A DNA stretch of 64,000 nt, from the NCBI GenBank assembly GCA_050273025.1, contig CP158636.1:4092001-4156000 (forward strand), given 5' to 3'. Source of the DNA: Cenococcum geophilum. Lineage: Eukaryota. Position numbers and translations under genes: made by a program. Shown here piece by piece: positions 13,198-25,450 of the stretch. The first letter of the stretch is position 1, and the number at the start of each line of letters is the position of its first letter. Below the pieces are notes generated by a model. The model had not been told where the DNA came from, ran no database searches, and saw only the letters and a list, made by a program, of their open reading frames with translations.

Positions 13198-14223
13198 ATG
13201 GCAGTTGGCAGATATCACGAAGTATACGCCCATCCCAACGGACCTGGAGATGCTCGACCTACGGCTCTCCAGATCATCAAGGATGAAGGCCTCGAAGGGG
13301 AGATGACGGACAAGGTCATGTTCGTCACGGGAGCGTCCTCAGGTATCGGCATCGAGACAACTCGCGCTCTCCACGCAACAGGTGCAACCATCTTCATCGG
13401 CGTCCGCAACGTCAAGAAGGGTCAAGAGGTCGTCGATGAGATTCTCGCATCGGATCCCAGCAACACAGCCCCGATCCACATCATCGAAATGTCTCTTGAC
13501 TCCTTCGCTTCCGTGCGCACGGCCGCAGCCGAGTTCCTCAAACACAGCAACAAGCTCAACGTGCTCGTTCTGAACGCCGGCGTCATGGCCACCCCCGAAG
13601 GCCGAACAGTCGACGGCTTCGAAACGCAATTCGGCACCAACCACCTCGGCCACTTCCTACTCTTCCAGCTGCTCAAGCCCGCCCTTCTGGCCTCCTCCAC
13701 CTCCGAATTCAACTCTCGCGTCGTGTCCGTGGCATCGATAGGCCACCGCTTCGGCACTATCCGCTTCCACGACTACAACTTCGAGAAGGACTCCTACCAC
13801 CCCATGGCCGCATACGGCCAGTCCAAAACCGCAAACATCTACCTAGCCAACTACATCGACCGGCACTACGGACTCAAGGGGCTACACGCAATATCGCTTC
13901 ATCCCGGCGGCATATGGTCGGACTTGACAAGGCACATGGGAGACGAGGAGCTGGAGCAATGGAAGGGCCTTCCCAATACTAATTCGTACTACAAGAGCCC
14001 TGCGCAAGGTGCGGCGACGAGCGTCTATGCAGCCGTGAGCAAGGAGTGGGAAGGCACGGGTGGAAAGTACCTGAGTAATTGTGAGCTTATGGGCCCGTTC
14101 AAGGGGGCTGTTGGTGAGATTGGGTTGGGCGACGATGGGTATGCGCCGTGGGCGTATAATGAGGAGAATGAGGACAGGTTGTGGAGAGATTCTTGCAAGC
14201 TTGTCGGTGTTGAGGAGGATTAA
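13198..14223 (+). CDS. Short-chain dehydrogenase/reductase (retinol dehydrogenase/WWOX-like), 341 aa, intronless
   Basis: Intact ORF from ATG 13198 with TGASSGIG, NAG, FGTNHLGHF, catalytic YGQSK and LHPG motifs. GC-balanced with no RIP damage. The ORF-track start at 13072 is a TTG and unlikely to be used. Confidence 0.93.
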   Translation: MAVGRYHEVYAHPNGPGDARPTALQIIKDEGLEGEMTDKVMFVTGASSGIGIETTRALHATGATIFIGVRNVKKGQEVVDEILASDPSNTAPIHIIEMSLDSFASVRTAAAEFLKHSNKLNVLVLNAGVMATPEGRTVDGFETQFGTNHLGHFLLFQLLKPALLASSTSEFNSRVVSVASIGHRFGTIRFHDYNFEKDSYHPMAAYGQSKTANIYLANYIDRHYGLKGLHAISLHPGGIWSDLTRHMGDEELEQWKGLPNTNSYYKSPAQGAATSVYAAVSKEWEGTGGKYLSNCELMGPFKGAVGEIGLGDDGYAPWAYNEENEDRLWRDSCKLVGVEED

Positions 14224-15074
14224 GTGGGCTGAGAGTTTGCCGTTAGTCTTTCCGCACTCTGGATGATCGAGCAAGTTGACTTTTAGACCAATCCCATCTC
14301 TTTCGCAGAAATTACTCGAGCAGTGATGTGTCCGTGGTCGAGGCCCCCGAATTTCGGCGCCCTCCCACCAATTCTCCGTGAATATGTAGTCCTCCAAAAC
14401 TCTGGGTCTGGCGATCTCCACATTCACAGTCCTCATGTACCTCACCGCCTCCACGACATCCCCCGTTCCAGCCTCGGATGAAAAACCTAGGAAAAGGTAA
14501 TTATTTTAGAGATAATTATAGTAAGTGGTAAGTGAAACTGCGTTAGGTTGCTTAACTTCCTAGATTTTATTGCTCTTATCTAAGTAGACGTTTTTATAAA
14601 AATTAGCCGCGTATTTGCGTTATAAAATCTAATTTTCTTAATCTATAGTTTATTAGGTCTGCTTTAAACGGTACTTATAAACGCTATTATACCTTTATAG
14701 AAGCTAGATAGCTTTTTTTACTAAAAGAGACTAAATATACTTACCTTTTAATAAGATATTTTTATATTGAAGTACTAGTTAAAGTATTATAAAGAACTTC
14801 GCATTACTAGTATATAATATTTATTGCTTGTAGTTTGGGAACTACTATACTAGTATTTAATTTAAATATAATAATGTATTTAAAATGATTAGAACCTAAA
14901 CACCCGCAAGGATATATAATTCTTATATTAGTATCTTCCTTTAAGACAAATTAGAATTTTAGAATTTTTAGCTAAGAATCTAAAATTATATACTAAAGTT
15001 TAACGCCTCTCTACTTGCTATAGAGGTGGGTATTAAAGAACGTAACAATAGTAGAGGTTTAGATTATTTAGCTC

Positions 15075-15319
15075 TGTAACAGGACTACCGTTACAAGCGC
15101 TACGCGATATACGTAGCTGGTTTCCTTTTCTTGCTTAGCGTTGTCGGCAAATAGTTTATCCGCCCTAATACCCTTATATAGATTTAGCCGCAGCTATATT
15201 CCTATTAAGCTCTCTAGCAATCCTTTTAAGTCTCTATTATAGCTATATATAGCTATTAATTTTTTAAATCTAATACTTGTTTATCTAGCGTTTATATATA
15301 ATAATTCGTTATTATAATA
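15075..15319. mobile_element. Solo LTR (same family as 20737-20992, opposite orientation)
   Basis: TGTAACA...TATAATA ends, TSD AGCTC on both sides, aligns to the reverse complement of 20737-20992. Confidence 0.85.
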
Positions 15320-15507
15320 AGCTCTACCTTTAGGTATAACTAAATAGGATTTAATAACTGCTAGAACCTTCTTAAAATAGAAATTAAAATTTATAAAAAT
15401 TAAGTTTGCTTAGGTAAGAGAGTTATTAAGCTACTTTAAAAATTTAAGTAAAGCTCCTAAATTGCCGTTAGATTTTTAAGATAGGGGTAAAATATTAATT
15501 ATAATAT

Positions 15508-17731
15508 CCCTTGCACTGATAGGGTCCTATAAAATGTGGCCCGTACACGCAGTTAAGAATATTAACTTTCTTACGCGTTGTGTAGTAAATAGATAACTTT
15601 ATCAATCAAATACACCACTAAAATGGTGCGTAACTGTATATCTAACGATATAGATCTTGTGCAGCCTACTTAATATATTGCTCCCAAAAATTAAGTTATA
15701 AAAAAGCCACCGCCAGAGCCCGAAGCGCTACCTCCTTTTAATCCTCTTCCTATATATAATGAAAACGAATATAGCGAGCCAAATCTTCCAGATAATATCA
15801 ATAATGAGGATCCTTAGTAGCTGTTTAAGCTATTTTAGACGGATAAATTAATTAACTGGCTTGTAGAGCATACAAATAAGAACGTAAAGCTCTACCCACC
15901 TAAGGATAAGAACTTCCCCTATAAGTAGAAGCCTACATTACGGCAGGAGCTATATATATATTTAGCAGTGCTAATTTATATGGGTCTACACACAGAAAGC
16001 TCCATTAAGGACTATTAGTATAAGAACTTTAGCCATAGAACGATGCATACCCTTCGAAACTATATTTTAGTAAATTAATGGCAGCAACTTAATCGCTACT
16101 TCTACTGCACTAAGCTAAGGTCTAAAGACGATAAAGCCTTCTAGAATACATTTAAGAGGATTAAGGAACTTAGTAAGGAACTTGACCTTGCCTTAATTAA
16201 GTACTATAAGCCTAGAATCTACCTTACTGTTAATAAGACAATTAAACGCTTTACTAGTCGCGCTCCTAAAATTATAAATATACCAACAAAGCCTATACTA
16301 GAGGGTTTTACAATATAGCTATTAGGCAACTAAGGCTATGTTCTTAATTTAGATGTTTTATATAAAAGGTAAAATAAAGGGCCGGTGGATCTAGATAAGT
16401 TTTGGACAGAGGAAGGCTTTTTAAAGACGTAGGTAGCAGTAATGGATTTTTTAACTTAGGAAGATCTGGAGACGGGCCAGCGTCTCTATTAGCTAAATAT
16501 ATACACCATTTGGCTGGATAACCTCTTTACCTCTATTAAACTACTTTAGCAACTTCGGAAGCTTAGAATTAGGGGTATAGGAATAGTATAGACAACTAAA
16601 ATAAAGCGTAAGGAACTAGATAAGGTAAAAAAGGAGTAAAGAAAGATACTAAAAAAGGCGTAAAATTAATTACTAATTGAGCAAATTGACAGACAGCTTG
16701 TTAAGCTTAAATTGATATACTAGAGCTAGATTGAATGGGGTATATTATATAGAAGGCTTTCTAAAGATGGAATAGTTATAGAGTTTACCTAGAAGGACGC
16801 TAATATGGTCTTATTTATAAGTACTATTAGTAACAGTTTATACTTAAATTTAACTTTAAGGCTCTACAGTTAATGACGTTATATATTATAGGTTTAAACT
16901 TCGTTAAATATAAGCAATAACAACCTACTACTACCTCTAGCGGCGCCTAATAGACTTATAAAGTATTCGGAGATATAGCTAGGAAGTAGTTACTAATATT
17001 AGAGTTTATTAATATATACAATCGCTTTATAAAAGGCGTTAATACTACCGACTAAATGAAATCCTATTATACCTTATTTAGGATCTACCGCCATACCTAA
17101 AAGCCTCTCTTCTACTTCCTCCTTAATATAACTGTTACCAACGCCTATAAATTATCCTCTATATATACCTGTGGCTAGGTATACCGCGCTAGCTATAAAG
17201 CTTTCTATAAAGCTCTTGTTAACTCTCTACTTAAATACTTTACCTCTTAAGCTTAAGCTAATTGTGCGTAGGTCTCTATAGAGGATATATAGTGGTATCT
17301 GGTAATACATTATAGATACAAAGTAGTTAAGATTAATTAGAAGTAAAAGGCTTGCTTTATATGCTTAGCGGTAAAAAGAAAGAGCTGTATAAAGAAGCTT
17401 TTAAATAAAAAGCCTCTATGCGAACTTTTAGTAAATATAACAAAAAGATTGCGTAATAGTAAGGACATTAAGAGACCTTAAAGGGCGCCAAGAATAACGT
17501 ATAGGTGTAGACTCTGTCAAATACCACTATGTAAAGACGGCCCGTGTTGGCAGGAGCACGTAGATCGACTTAACTCTAAAGAATAAGTCTCTATATACAA
17601 TATATACCAATATTTTAATATATTTATAACTTTATTTAAGAGCTCTGGTGATGCGGCAGAACGACTTACCGCCCTTATGTGATTAGTGCGCACGGGCCAC
17701 AATTTATAGGACGTTATTATTAGTGTAAGGG
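15508..17731 (+). mobile_element. piggyBac-superfamily DNA transposon with RIPed transposase (~15650-17583)
   Basis: Imperfect ~40-bp TIRs CCCTTGCACT.../...AGTGTAAGGG. DDE_Tnp_1_7-like motifs LTVNKTIKRFTSR..NIPTKP..GF, IWLDNLFTS and YNRFIKGVN. C-terminal Cys-rich CRLCQIPLCKDGPCWQEH. Confidence 0.9.
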
Positions 17732-18349
17732 ATAACCATTATAAAAGTACTTAGAGCCTATAATAGTAGTTTTAATAAAAAAATAAAGCCCTCGTAGAGA
17801 GAAAAAGGGGAGGCTATACTTTTAAATATTTAAAACCTTAATTATATAAGGCCAAAATAGACTAACTAATTATGGTATTTAATATTATTATTAATTCCTA
17901 ATTAAAGTCTAATACGGTCCTAATTAACGTCTATATAAACTACTGCTATTATAGAGATACAAAAAACCTTTAAGGGAGACGTAAGTAGTAATATAGAGTG
18001 TACTCCTTTAGGTAGTACGCCTGTACTATATTAATAGGAGGAAAAATACCATTAGGTTGCTACTCTAAGACTCCTATAAGGGAGTGTTCTAATTACCTAT
18101 CTTACCCTATCTACCACTTGTATTATACTTCCATATAAATTAAAATGCCGTAAAGTTTATCGCTTACCTACTTTTACTCCATTAATTGCACTATATATAT
18201 ATACGCCTATAGTCCTCTTACTTACAGTATAATTTCTACCCTAAGGGAATAGTGAAACGAATATAGATCTAAACCTAGGTGTTTTATCCTAGGGCCCTAA
18301 CCTAGGTCTTCTATTCCCTATCTCCTATATTTAATAAGTGCGCTTAGCT

Positions 18350-18350
<1 letters not shown>

Positions 18351-18384
<34 letters not shown>
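18351..18384 (+). repeat. (AGT)n microsatellite
   Basis: About 11 perfect AGT units. Confidence 0.9.
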
Positions 18385-18385
<1 letters not shown>

Positions 18386-19276
18386 GGGTGCATAACGTCC
18401 CTATACCTAAGTACTTATATTACTAATAGTACTAAAATATAGCTGGGTTAATTAAGGTATAGAGGAAGACGGAATACTACGCGGTAAGTCTAGGCTGCTA
18501 GGTAAGATAGGGAATAAGAGGCTTATTATAGACTTCCTAGGGCGTATACGGTTCGTTCGGTCGCTATACCGTATAGGTGCCATGTAGTACTATATATAGC
18601 ACTATACTATCTACTATATAGGAGGAAGGGGGGACGCTGGATATAGATGCCGTGACTTAAGTCGCAGTTTTAATGTACTAATGTACGTAATAGTCGTTTT
18701 TAAGCTCTTCCGTTAGGGCTTACCCTTCCAGTAAAAAAATTCTCCACGCCATTACTACGATGTCGTTGCGCTGACGCTTCGTAGCTATATATACGTCTCT
18801 GCGTTTACTCTAGTAGTCTATTAGCACGATCCTAATAAAACGCTAATAGCTGTATATTAGGTTTCTGGGCTCTACCGCGTAGAGGTATAGAGGCTGATTT
18901 TTATAGAGCCCTATAGCGTTTAATATATAGTTACCTAAAAGCCTTATTAGTGGCGCCTAATAAATAAAAGTATATTAGGGCTACCTTAGGTTGTCCTTAG
19001 GGCAACTCTTAAAGGGATTAGTTAAGCTTACCTAGCTAAAAGCTCGGCTTATGTGTCTAATGCTACTAATTATACCAAGTTAAAAGGGGTTAAACTTACT
19101 CCTAGGTAAGCTTAGCGAAACTAAATATTAGATAAACTTTTATCTAATAGGCGACGTTTTTCTATTAATTTAATAACGTAAGCAACTCTACTACCCTAAA
19201 CTACTATATTAAAATAGGTTAGTATAACTAAAAGGAGTTTATAATATATTCTTAATATATTTTAAATAACATCTTA

Positions 19277-20607
19277 TATAATAAAGCCTTATAATAGGTA
19301 CTATAGTAAACTTATTAATAGGTTAGGTATATAGTTAAATTTAATAATAAAATCTAATAATAGAGTAGGTACTTAATAGATTAACTTTAATTATATTCTA
19401 AGATTTACTATAAAGAGAGAACTATCTAAGTAGGGACTATACTTCTAGGAACCCCTATTATATATAAGGTATATAAGGGACGTAAGATATATAATAGACC
19501 TTATAGACCTTATAAAGCTCGCGGACCTTATTATATAGCTTTACTAATTCTATCCTAAACTGTGCTCCTATTAACTACCTAGCTAATTTTAACTTCTCTT
19601 TAAGTAGTTATAATATCGTCCTTATAGGGTCCGTAATACTATTTATCTCCCCCTTATCTATGTTCTTAAAGATATTTAAATCTTTAAATTATATACTAGA
19701 GGTATAATATCCCATTATTTAATTTAATTTTCCTAGTTACTTATTATACCTAAAGTAACTCCTTCTTCTGCCTAACGATGTACTCGTACCATTACTATAA
19801 TATTATTACTTAGTAATACAATATCTATTCTATATTCTCGTTATGCAAAAAGGGGTTGGCTTAAATTGCGATTATAGCTCCCTCTAGTCGCTAATCTCCC
19901 TTTTATACTAAGTATATAAAATTAAACGTATAGTCGTTCTATAACGTTTACTCTATTTTAGATGCTAAATATATATATACTATTATTCTTTTTACTTATT
20001 AAATACCCTTATTAATTGCCACTAGGGTTTTAGGTTTAGTCTACCGCTATAAAGCTTAATAGCAAGCTACTTAGTGCCCTTAATAAGCTGCGTTAATTAT
20101 AGGAGGCGGAGTAGAAGGCTCTGGTTTCTTAGCAACGCGCACTTAAGGCTTATATCTCTGCGTCTACTCGTTATTTTTATCTTAAGAGGGTCTGTAAAAG
20201 GGGTTGTTTAAAGGAATAGAAACTAATTTAATAGGGTTCGGCCAAGCTTAGCAATAAAAGAACGGATTTTTCTTAAGTAGGGATAGAAAGAAGTTTAAGT
20301 GCGCTAGTAGGTGTTCCTCCTATATCCCCCTTAGGTAATCCCTTTTTATTAATATTACCTAATCTAATTTCCTCTAATACTTCTATACCTTCTTTATAGC
20401 GTTCTTTAAATTTATTAATAACTCCTAGGTAGTCTTATTGTAGCCTACCTACTTTACTTTATACTATACTTTGTTATCTATATTCTTATACCTAATAATC
20501 TTTTAAACCTACTATTTATCTTCTTTTTAACCTTTATATATATCTACTATATAGATTAGTAGCTTAATATCCTTATATACTAACTCTAGTATTACAATAT
20601 ACTATAA
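19277..20607 (-). mobile_element. Gypsy family A copy 2 fragment (chromodomain, antisense ORF, PPT, 3' LTR 19277-19638)
   Basis: Reverse-complement similarity to ~4180-5564 over its whole length. Confidence 0.85.
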
Positions 20608-20736
20608 ACTAATAGTAAAGCTATAAAGTAATTAGAACTTAGAGCCCTATAATAACTAAAGGACTTTAACCTTATAGCGGCCTTCCTAATATACGCGCAT
20701 TAAGAAGTTAAGGCGAAATAGCTTTTACCTAGGAAC

Positions 20737-20992
20737 TGTTACGATAACGATGTATTATATGCGAACGCTAGATAAATAAGCATCAGATTTGAAGAATTGA
20801 TAGCTATATATAACTGTTGTGAAGACTTAAGAGGATTGCTAAAGAGTTTAATAGAAATGCAGCTGTGGGCGAACCTATATAGGGGTATTAGGGCGGATAA
20901 ACTATCTATTAAGTAAATAAATAAACAAGAAAGGAATCCTATGACGCCAGCTATATGCATAGCGTAGCGTATAGAACGGTAGTCCCGTAACA
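20737..20992. mobile_element. Solo LTR, 256 bp
   Basis: TGTTACG...CGTAACA inverted ends, TSD GGAAC, absent from Gypsy B copy 1 at the equivalent site (~6460). Confidence 0.9.
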
Positions 20993-23204
20993 GGAACTAT
21001 CTAAAAGGTTAATAGATTTTATCTATAAGGTGCAATAGAGGGACGCCTTTTATACTATCTTTAATATAGAAGTAGACCGGAAACGTAACGGAAAAAATCT
21101 ATTAAGTGCTACTATTAGGAACTAGACCTAATAGGTCTACTATATAGATATAGTAATGTTTAGGTGCTATAAGAAGGAAATCTATAATAGAAGATTTTAT
21201 AAAGAATTATAATAATCCTCTAGGCGGCTACTATAGTTAAGCTAAAATAGTAAAATCACTTTAACATAAATATTATTGGCTAAAGCTTAATTAGGAAGTA
21301 AAGGGGTATATTAGCTACTATAAGAAGTATTAAGTATATAAAATCCGAAGGTATAAGCTATAGAGTTTATTTAAATCAGTTCCTCCTACTAGCAAACTAT
21401 AGTAATATTATACTATAGGTTTTGTTACGGATCTTCTACTATTTTAAAATAAGCCAGGATAAATATATAATTTGGTTCTTATACTTACTAATAGGTTTTT
21501 AAAGTACGTCTAATATCTTTCTATTAATAAAACGATTAATATATAAGTGCATGTAAACCTAATTAAGAAGAAATACTTTCTTAAAGTAGATTAACCATAC
21601 TCTATTATTACTAATAGGGGCAGCGTCTTAATAAGCTAATACCAGCCAGATTTATACTTTTATTTAAAGATAGACTACTATTATAGTACGGCTTTCTATT
21701 TATAGATAAATAGGTAAATAAAACGCTAAAACTAGAAACTAGAGTTTTACCTATAAATATATTTAAACTATTATTAAGATAATTAGTGCGAGCTACTTCC
21801 GTATATGAAATACGCTTATAACTTAAAGTAATACTTATTATATAAGTATGCACCAATTTAGATTACCTATAGCGTTTAATTATTTAGGTTTAATAGTATA
21901 CCTAATAATTACTAGTTAAGGCCATATAATCAATTATATAATCCTACTAGGAAGTTTAAAAAATATTTACTAGAGTGTATAAGGTACCTTAAGAAATAGA
22001 AGGAGAAGTATGTAAAGCGGAGCCTATAAGATACCCAAGAGTAGCAAAAACTTTAGTATAACCGCAAATACTAAGATAAGCATTTTAGAGTAGGCGATAA
22101 GGTTCTATTATATTTAACAAATAATTAAACCCATTAACTATTAAAGAAGCTTAATATAAGATACCTAGGTCCCTTTTAAATTAAGAAATAAATTAATAAG
22201 CGAGCCTACTATCTCTAACTACCCCTATCTATAGCCTATATATATTTAATATTTTATATAAACCTACTAGAGTTAGGATATAGACTATTATTAAAAAAGA
22301 ACTTCCATCTAAGTCTAATTAAACACCCTAAAGTAGTGGGCGAGCGGTATAAGGTTAAAGCTATATTATATTATAAGTCTATTAAGAATAGGCTTTAATA
22401 TAAAGTTAAATGGCTATACTAGCCTGCTAAAAACTCTATATATAAACTAGAGGATTATCTTAACTATTATAAGGATATTCTAAAAGAATATTAGGACTAA
22501 GGTCTATAATCTGTAAATTATAGAAAGCGCTCTAATACTATAATATTATTATAACCTATAAAGAAGGCTTATAGTAGGCCGTAAGAGGCCCTAAAGAGTA
22601 GGATATAGGTTTAATTTAATATAGAACAGATAGGCTCCGGAAACTATAAGGATTAGAGCTACGGCTAAGTCAGAATAGGTCCTTAGCCTTTTTATATATA
22701 TAGTATAGAATTAATAGAGTATTTTGCTAGAATTGCATTTCTATTAATTAATTTACACTAGGAATGCTATTTCTATAGGCTTCTATACCCTTTTTAAAAG
22801 CCTTATAAGGCCTTTCTAAGCACTTAATTATTATTATTCATTGCTTAACGTCCGATTCGGATCCCTATTAGGCCTACGCGGACTACCCCCTATATATATA
22901 TGGGGAGAAAACTCTATTTAAGAAAACCCCGTAATCTATCTCCCCGCCTTTTGGGACTCGCCTATAAGGCGCCTGCAAGGCGCCTGCGAGTCACCTATAA
23001 TACTCTACTACCTTACTTTTTAACCTTTTTAGGAACCACTGCTGCCGTAACAAGCCTACGGACGCGCTAGTATTGTAAACTTTACTCTACTACTGTAGAG
23101 TTATTAGGGGGCGCCCGTTGCTCGCCCCCCCGCCCTTTATTACATTGGGAAAATATTCGCAGGATAAGATTTAAGTAGACTTTGGTTTTCGCGTTTCGCG
23201 TAAT

Positions 23205-23560
23205 TGATATGCAATTTAACTAACTCGACACGCAATTAACCAACTTAACACGTAATTAACCAACTTAACATGCAATTTAACTAACTTAATACGCAGTTAA
23301 CCTACTTAACATGCAATTTAACTAACTTAATACGTAGTTGACCTACTTAACATGCAATTTAACTAACTTAACACGCAGTTGACCTACTTAATATATAATT
23401 TAACTAACTTAACACGCAGTTAACCTACTTAACATGCAATTTAACTAACTCAACACGTAGTTGACCTACTTAATATATAATTTAACTAACTTAACACGCA
23501 ATTGACCTACTTAATATATAATTTAACTAACTTAATATATAGTTAACCTACTTAACAACT
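23205..23560. repeat. Subterminal ~20-bp array (ACGCAATTAACCAACTTAAC-like)
   Basis: About 17 visible units. The same unit occurs in reverse at ~53840-54110. Confidence 0.9.
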
Positions 23561-23696
23561 TTAAAAGCTAACTGTATATTTCTTAACGTGCGATTAAGGT
23601 AAAGTTATATACTATATATTTAACTATTATATATAATCCTATACAATCTTATACAATCTTATACAATCTCATACAATCTTATAGTCTTATTACTTG

Positions 23697-24100
23697 GAGG
23701 CTCTGCACGAGGCTCTACACAAAGCTCTACGTATAAAGGCTCTGCATAAAGCTCTGCGCATAAAGGCTCTGTATAAAGCTCTACATGAAGCTTCGCATAA
23801 GGCTCTTCACGAGGCTCTACACGAAGCTCTGCGTATAGAGGCTCTACACAAAGCTTTGCACAAAGCTCTGCACGAAGCTCTGTATAAAGCTCTGCACGAA
23901 GCTCTATACAAGGCTCTGCACAAGGCTCTACGCGAGGCTCTACGCGAAGCTCTGCGTATAGAGGCTCTATATAAGACTCTATAAGAAGCTCTGCGTATAG
24001 AGGCTCTGCACAAGGCTCTGCGAGAAGCTCTGCGTATAGAGGCTCTATACGAGGCTCTGCGCAAAGCTCTACGTATAGAGGCTCTACACGAAGCTCTATA
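23697..24100. repeat. 12/18-bp minisatellite (GAGGCTCTGCAC / AAGCTCTGCGTATAGAGG)
   Basis: Directly visible. Accounts for ORFs 23694..23984 and 23807..24064. Confidence 0.9.
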
Positions 24101-24234
24101 TCGGGTCCCCGCTATATTCCCAATAGCCTCTACACATACCTCTACCCTATGTAACCACCTTATTTTTTACCCTTCCTTCCTTCTTTATATCCTCCCTACC
24201 TAGGGAGGCACTAGAACGGCAGCCAGCAGAGGAC

Positions 24235-24985
24235 CATTGCTAGAACTAGACGATTGTCGCCAGAACCAGATAACCGTTACCAGAACTAGACAACCATCGC
24301 CAGCCAGACGACCGTCGCCAAAACCAGACGACTGTCGCTAGAACCAGATAACCGTCACCAGCCAGCCAGACGACCGTTACCAGAACCAGACGACCGTTGC
24401 TAGAGCTAGACAACCGTCGCCAGAACCAGACAACCGTTGCCAGAGCTAGATAACCGTCGCCAGAACCAGACGACTGTTGCCAGCGCCAGACAACCGTCGC
24501 CAGAACCAGACGACCGTCGCTAGCCAGACAACCATTACCAGAACCAGACGACCGTTGCTAGAGCCAGATAACCGTCACCAGAACTAGACAACCGTTGCTA
24601 GAACTAGACGACCGTCGCTAAAACCAGACGACCGTCGCTAGCCAAATGACCGTTACTAGAACTAGATAACCGTTGCCAAAGCTAGACAACCGTCGCCAGA
24701 ACCAGACAACCGTTGCTAGCGCTAGACAACCGTTGCTAGAGCTAGACAACCGTCGCCAGAACCAGACAACCGTTACCAGCGCTAGACAACCGTCGCTAGA
24801 ACTAGATAACCGTCGCCAGCCAGACGACCGTTACTAGAACTATACAACCGTCGCCAGACGACCGTCACCAGAGCTAGACGACCGTCGCCAGAACTAGACA
24901 ATCGTCGCTAGAACTAGACGACCGTTACTAAAACTAGACGACCGTTGCTAGAACTAGACGACCGTTGCCAGAGCCAGACAACAAC
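24235..24985. repeat. ~20-bp minisatellite (GCCAGAACCAGACGACCGTC-like)
   Basis: More than 30 visible units with C>T variants. Confidence 0.92.
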
Positions 24986-25039
24986 AACTAGCCAGCGAAC
25001 ACTATAAACGATTTAATCGATCGATTAAATCAAGGCAGC

Positions 25040-25450
25040 ATAGACAGGTAGGCACAAACAGGGAGATACTAACGGGTAGGCAGATGCTAACAGGTAGGCA
25101 GATATAGACTGGTAATTAGATATAGATAGGTAAGTAGATATAGATAGGTAAGTAAATGCTAACAGGTAGGCAGATATAGATAGGTAGGTAAATATAAATA
25201 GGTAGGCGATGTAAATAGGTAGGCGATGTAGACAGGTAGGTAATGCAGATAGGTAGGCGATATAGATAGGTAGGCAATATAAATAGGTAGGCGATATAGA
25301 TAGGTAGGCAATGTAGATAAGTAGGTAATATAGACAGGTAGGTAATATAGATAGGTAGGCGATATAGACAGGTAGGCAATATAGACAGGTAGGCGATGTA
25401 GGTAGGTAGATAGATAGGTAGGTAGGTAAGTTAATAGGTAGATAGGTAGA
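25040..25450. repeat. ~18-bp minisatellite (TAGAYAGGTAGGCRAT-like)
   Basis: Directly visible. Accounts for ORF 25116..25379. Confidence 0.88.

Noticed and set aside
13215..14454. ORFs overlapping the SDR, including 13882..14454 minus
   Set aside because: Alternative-frame or antisense shadows of the real CDS.
18390..19276. Distinct element in this RIPed stretch (short similarity to the Gypsy B LTR near 18978-19008)
   Set aside because: No termini, TSD or coding motif could be established.
23205..25450. CRISPR-like array
   Set aside because: Head-to-tail minisatellites with no unique spacers, in a eukaryotic context with no cas genes.
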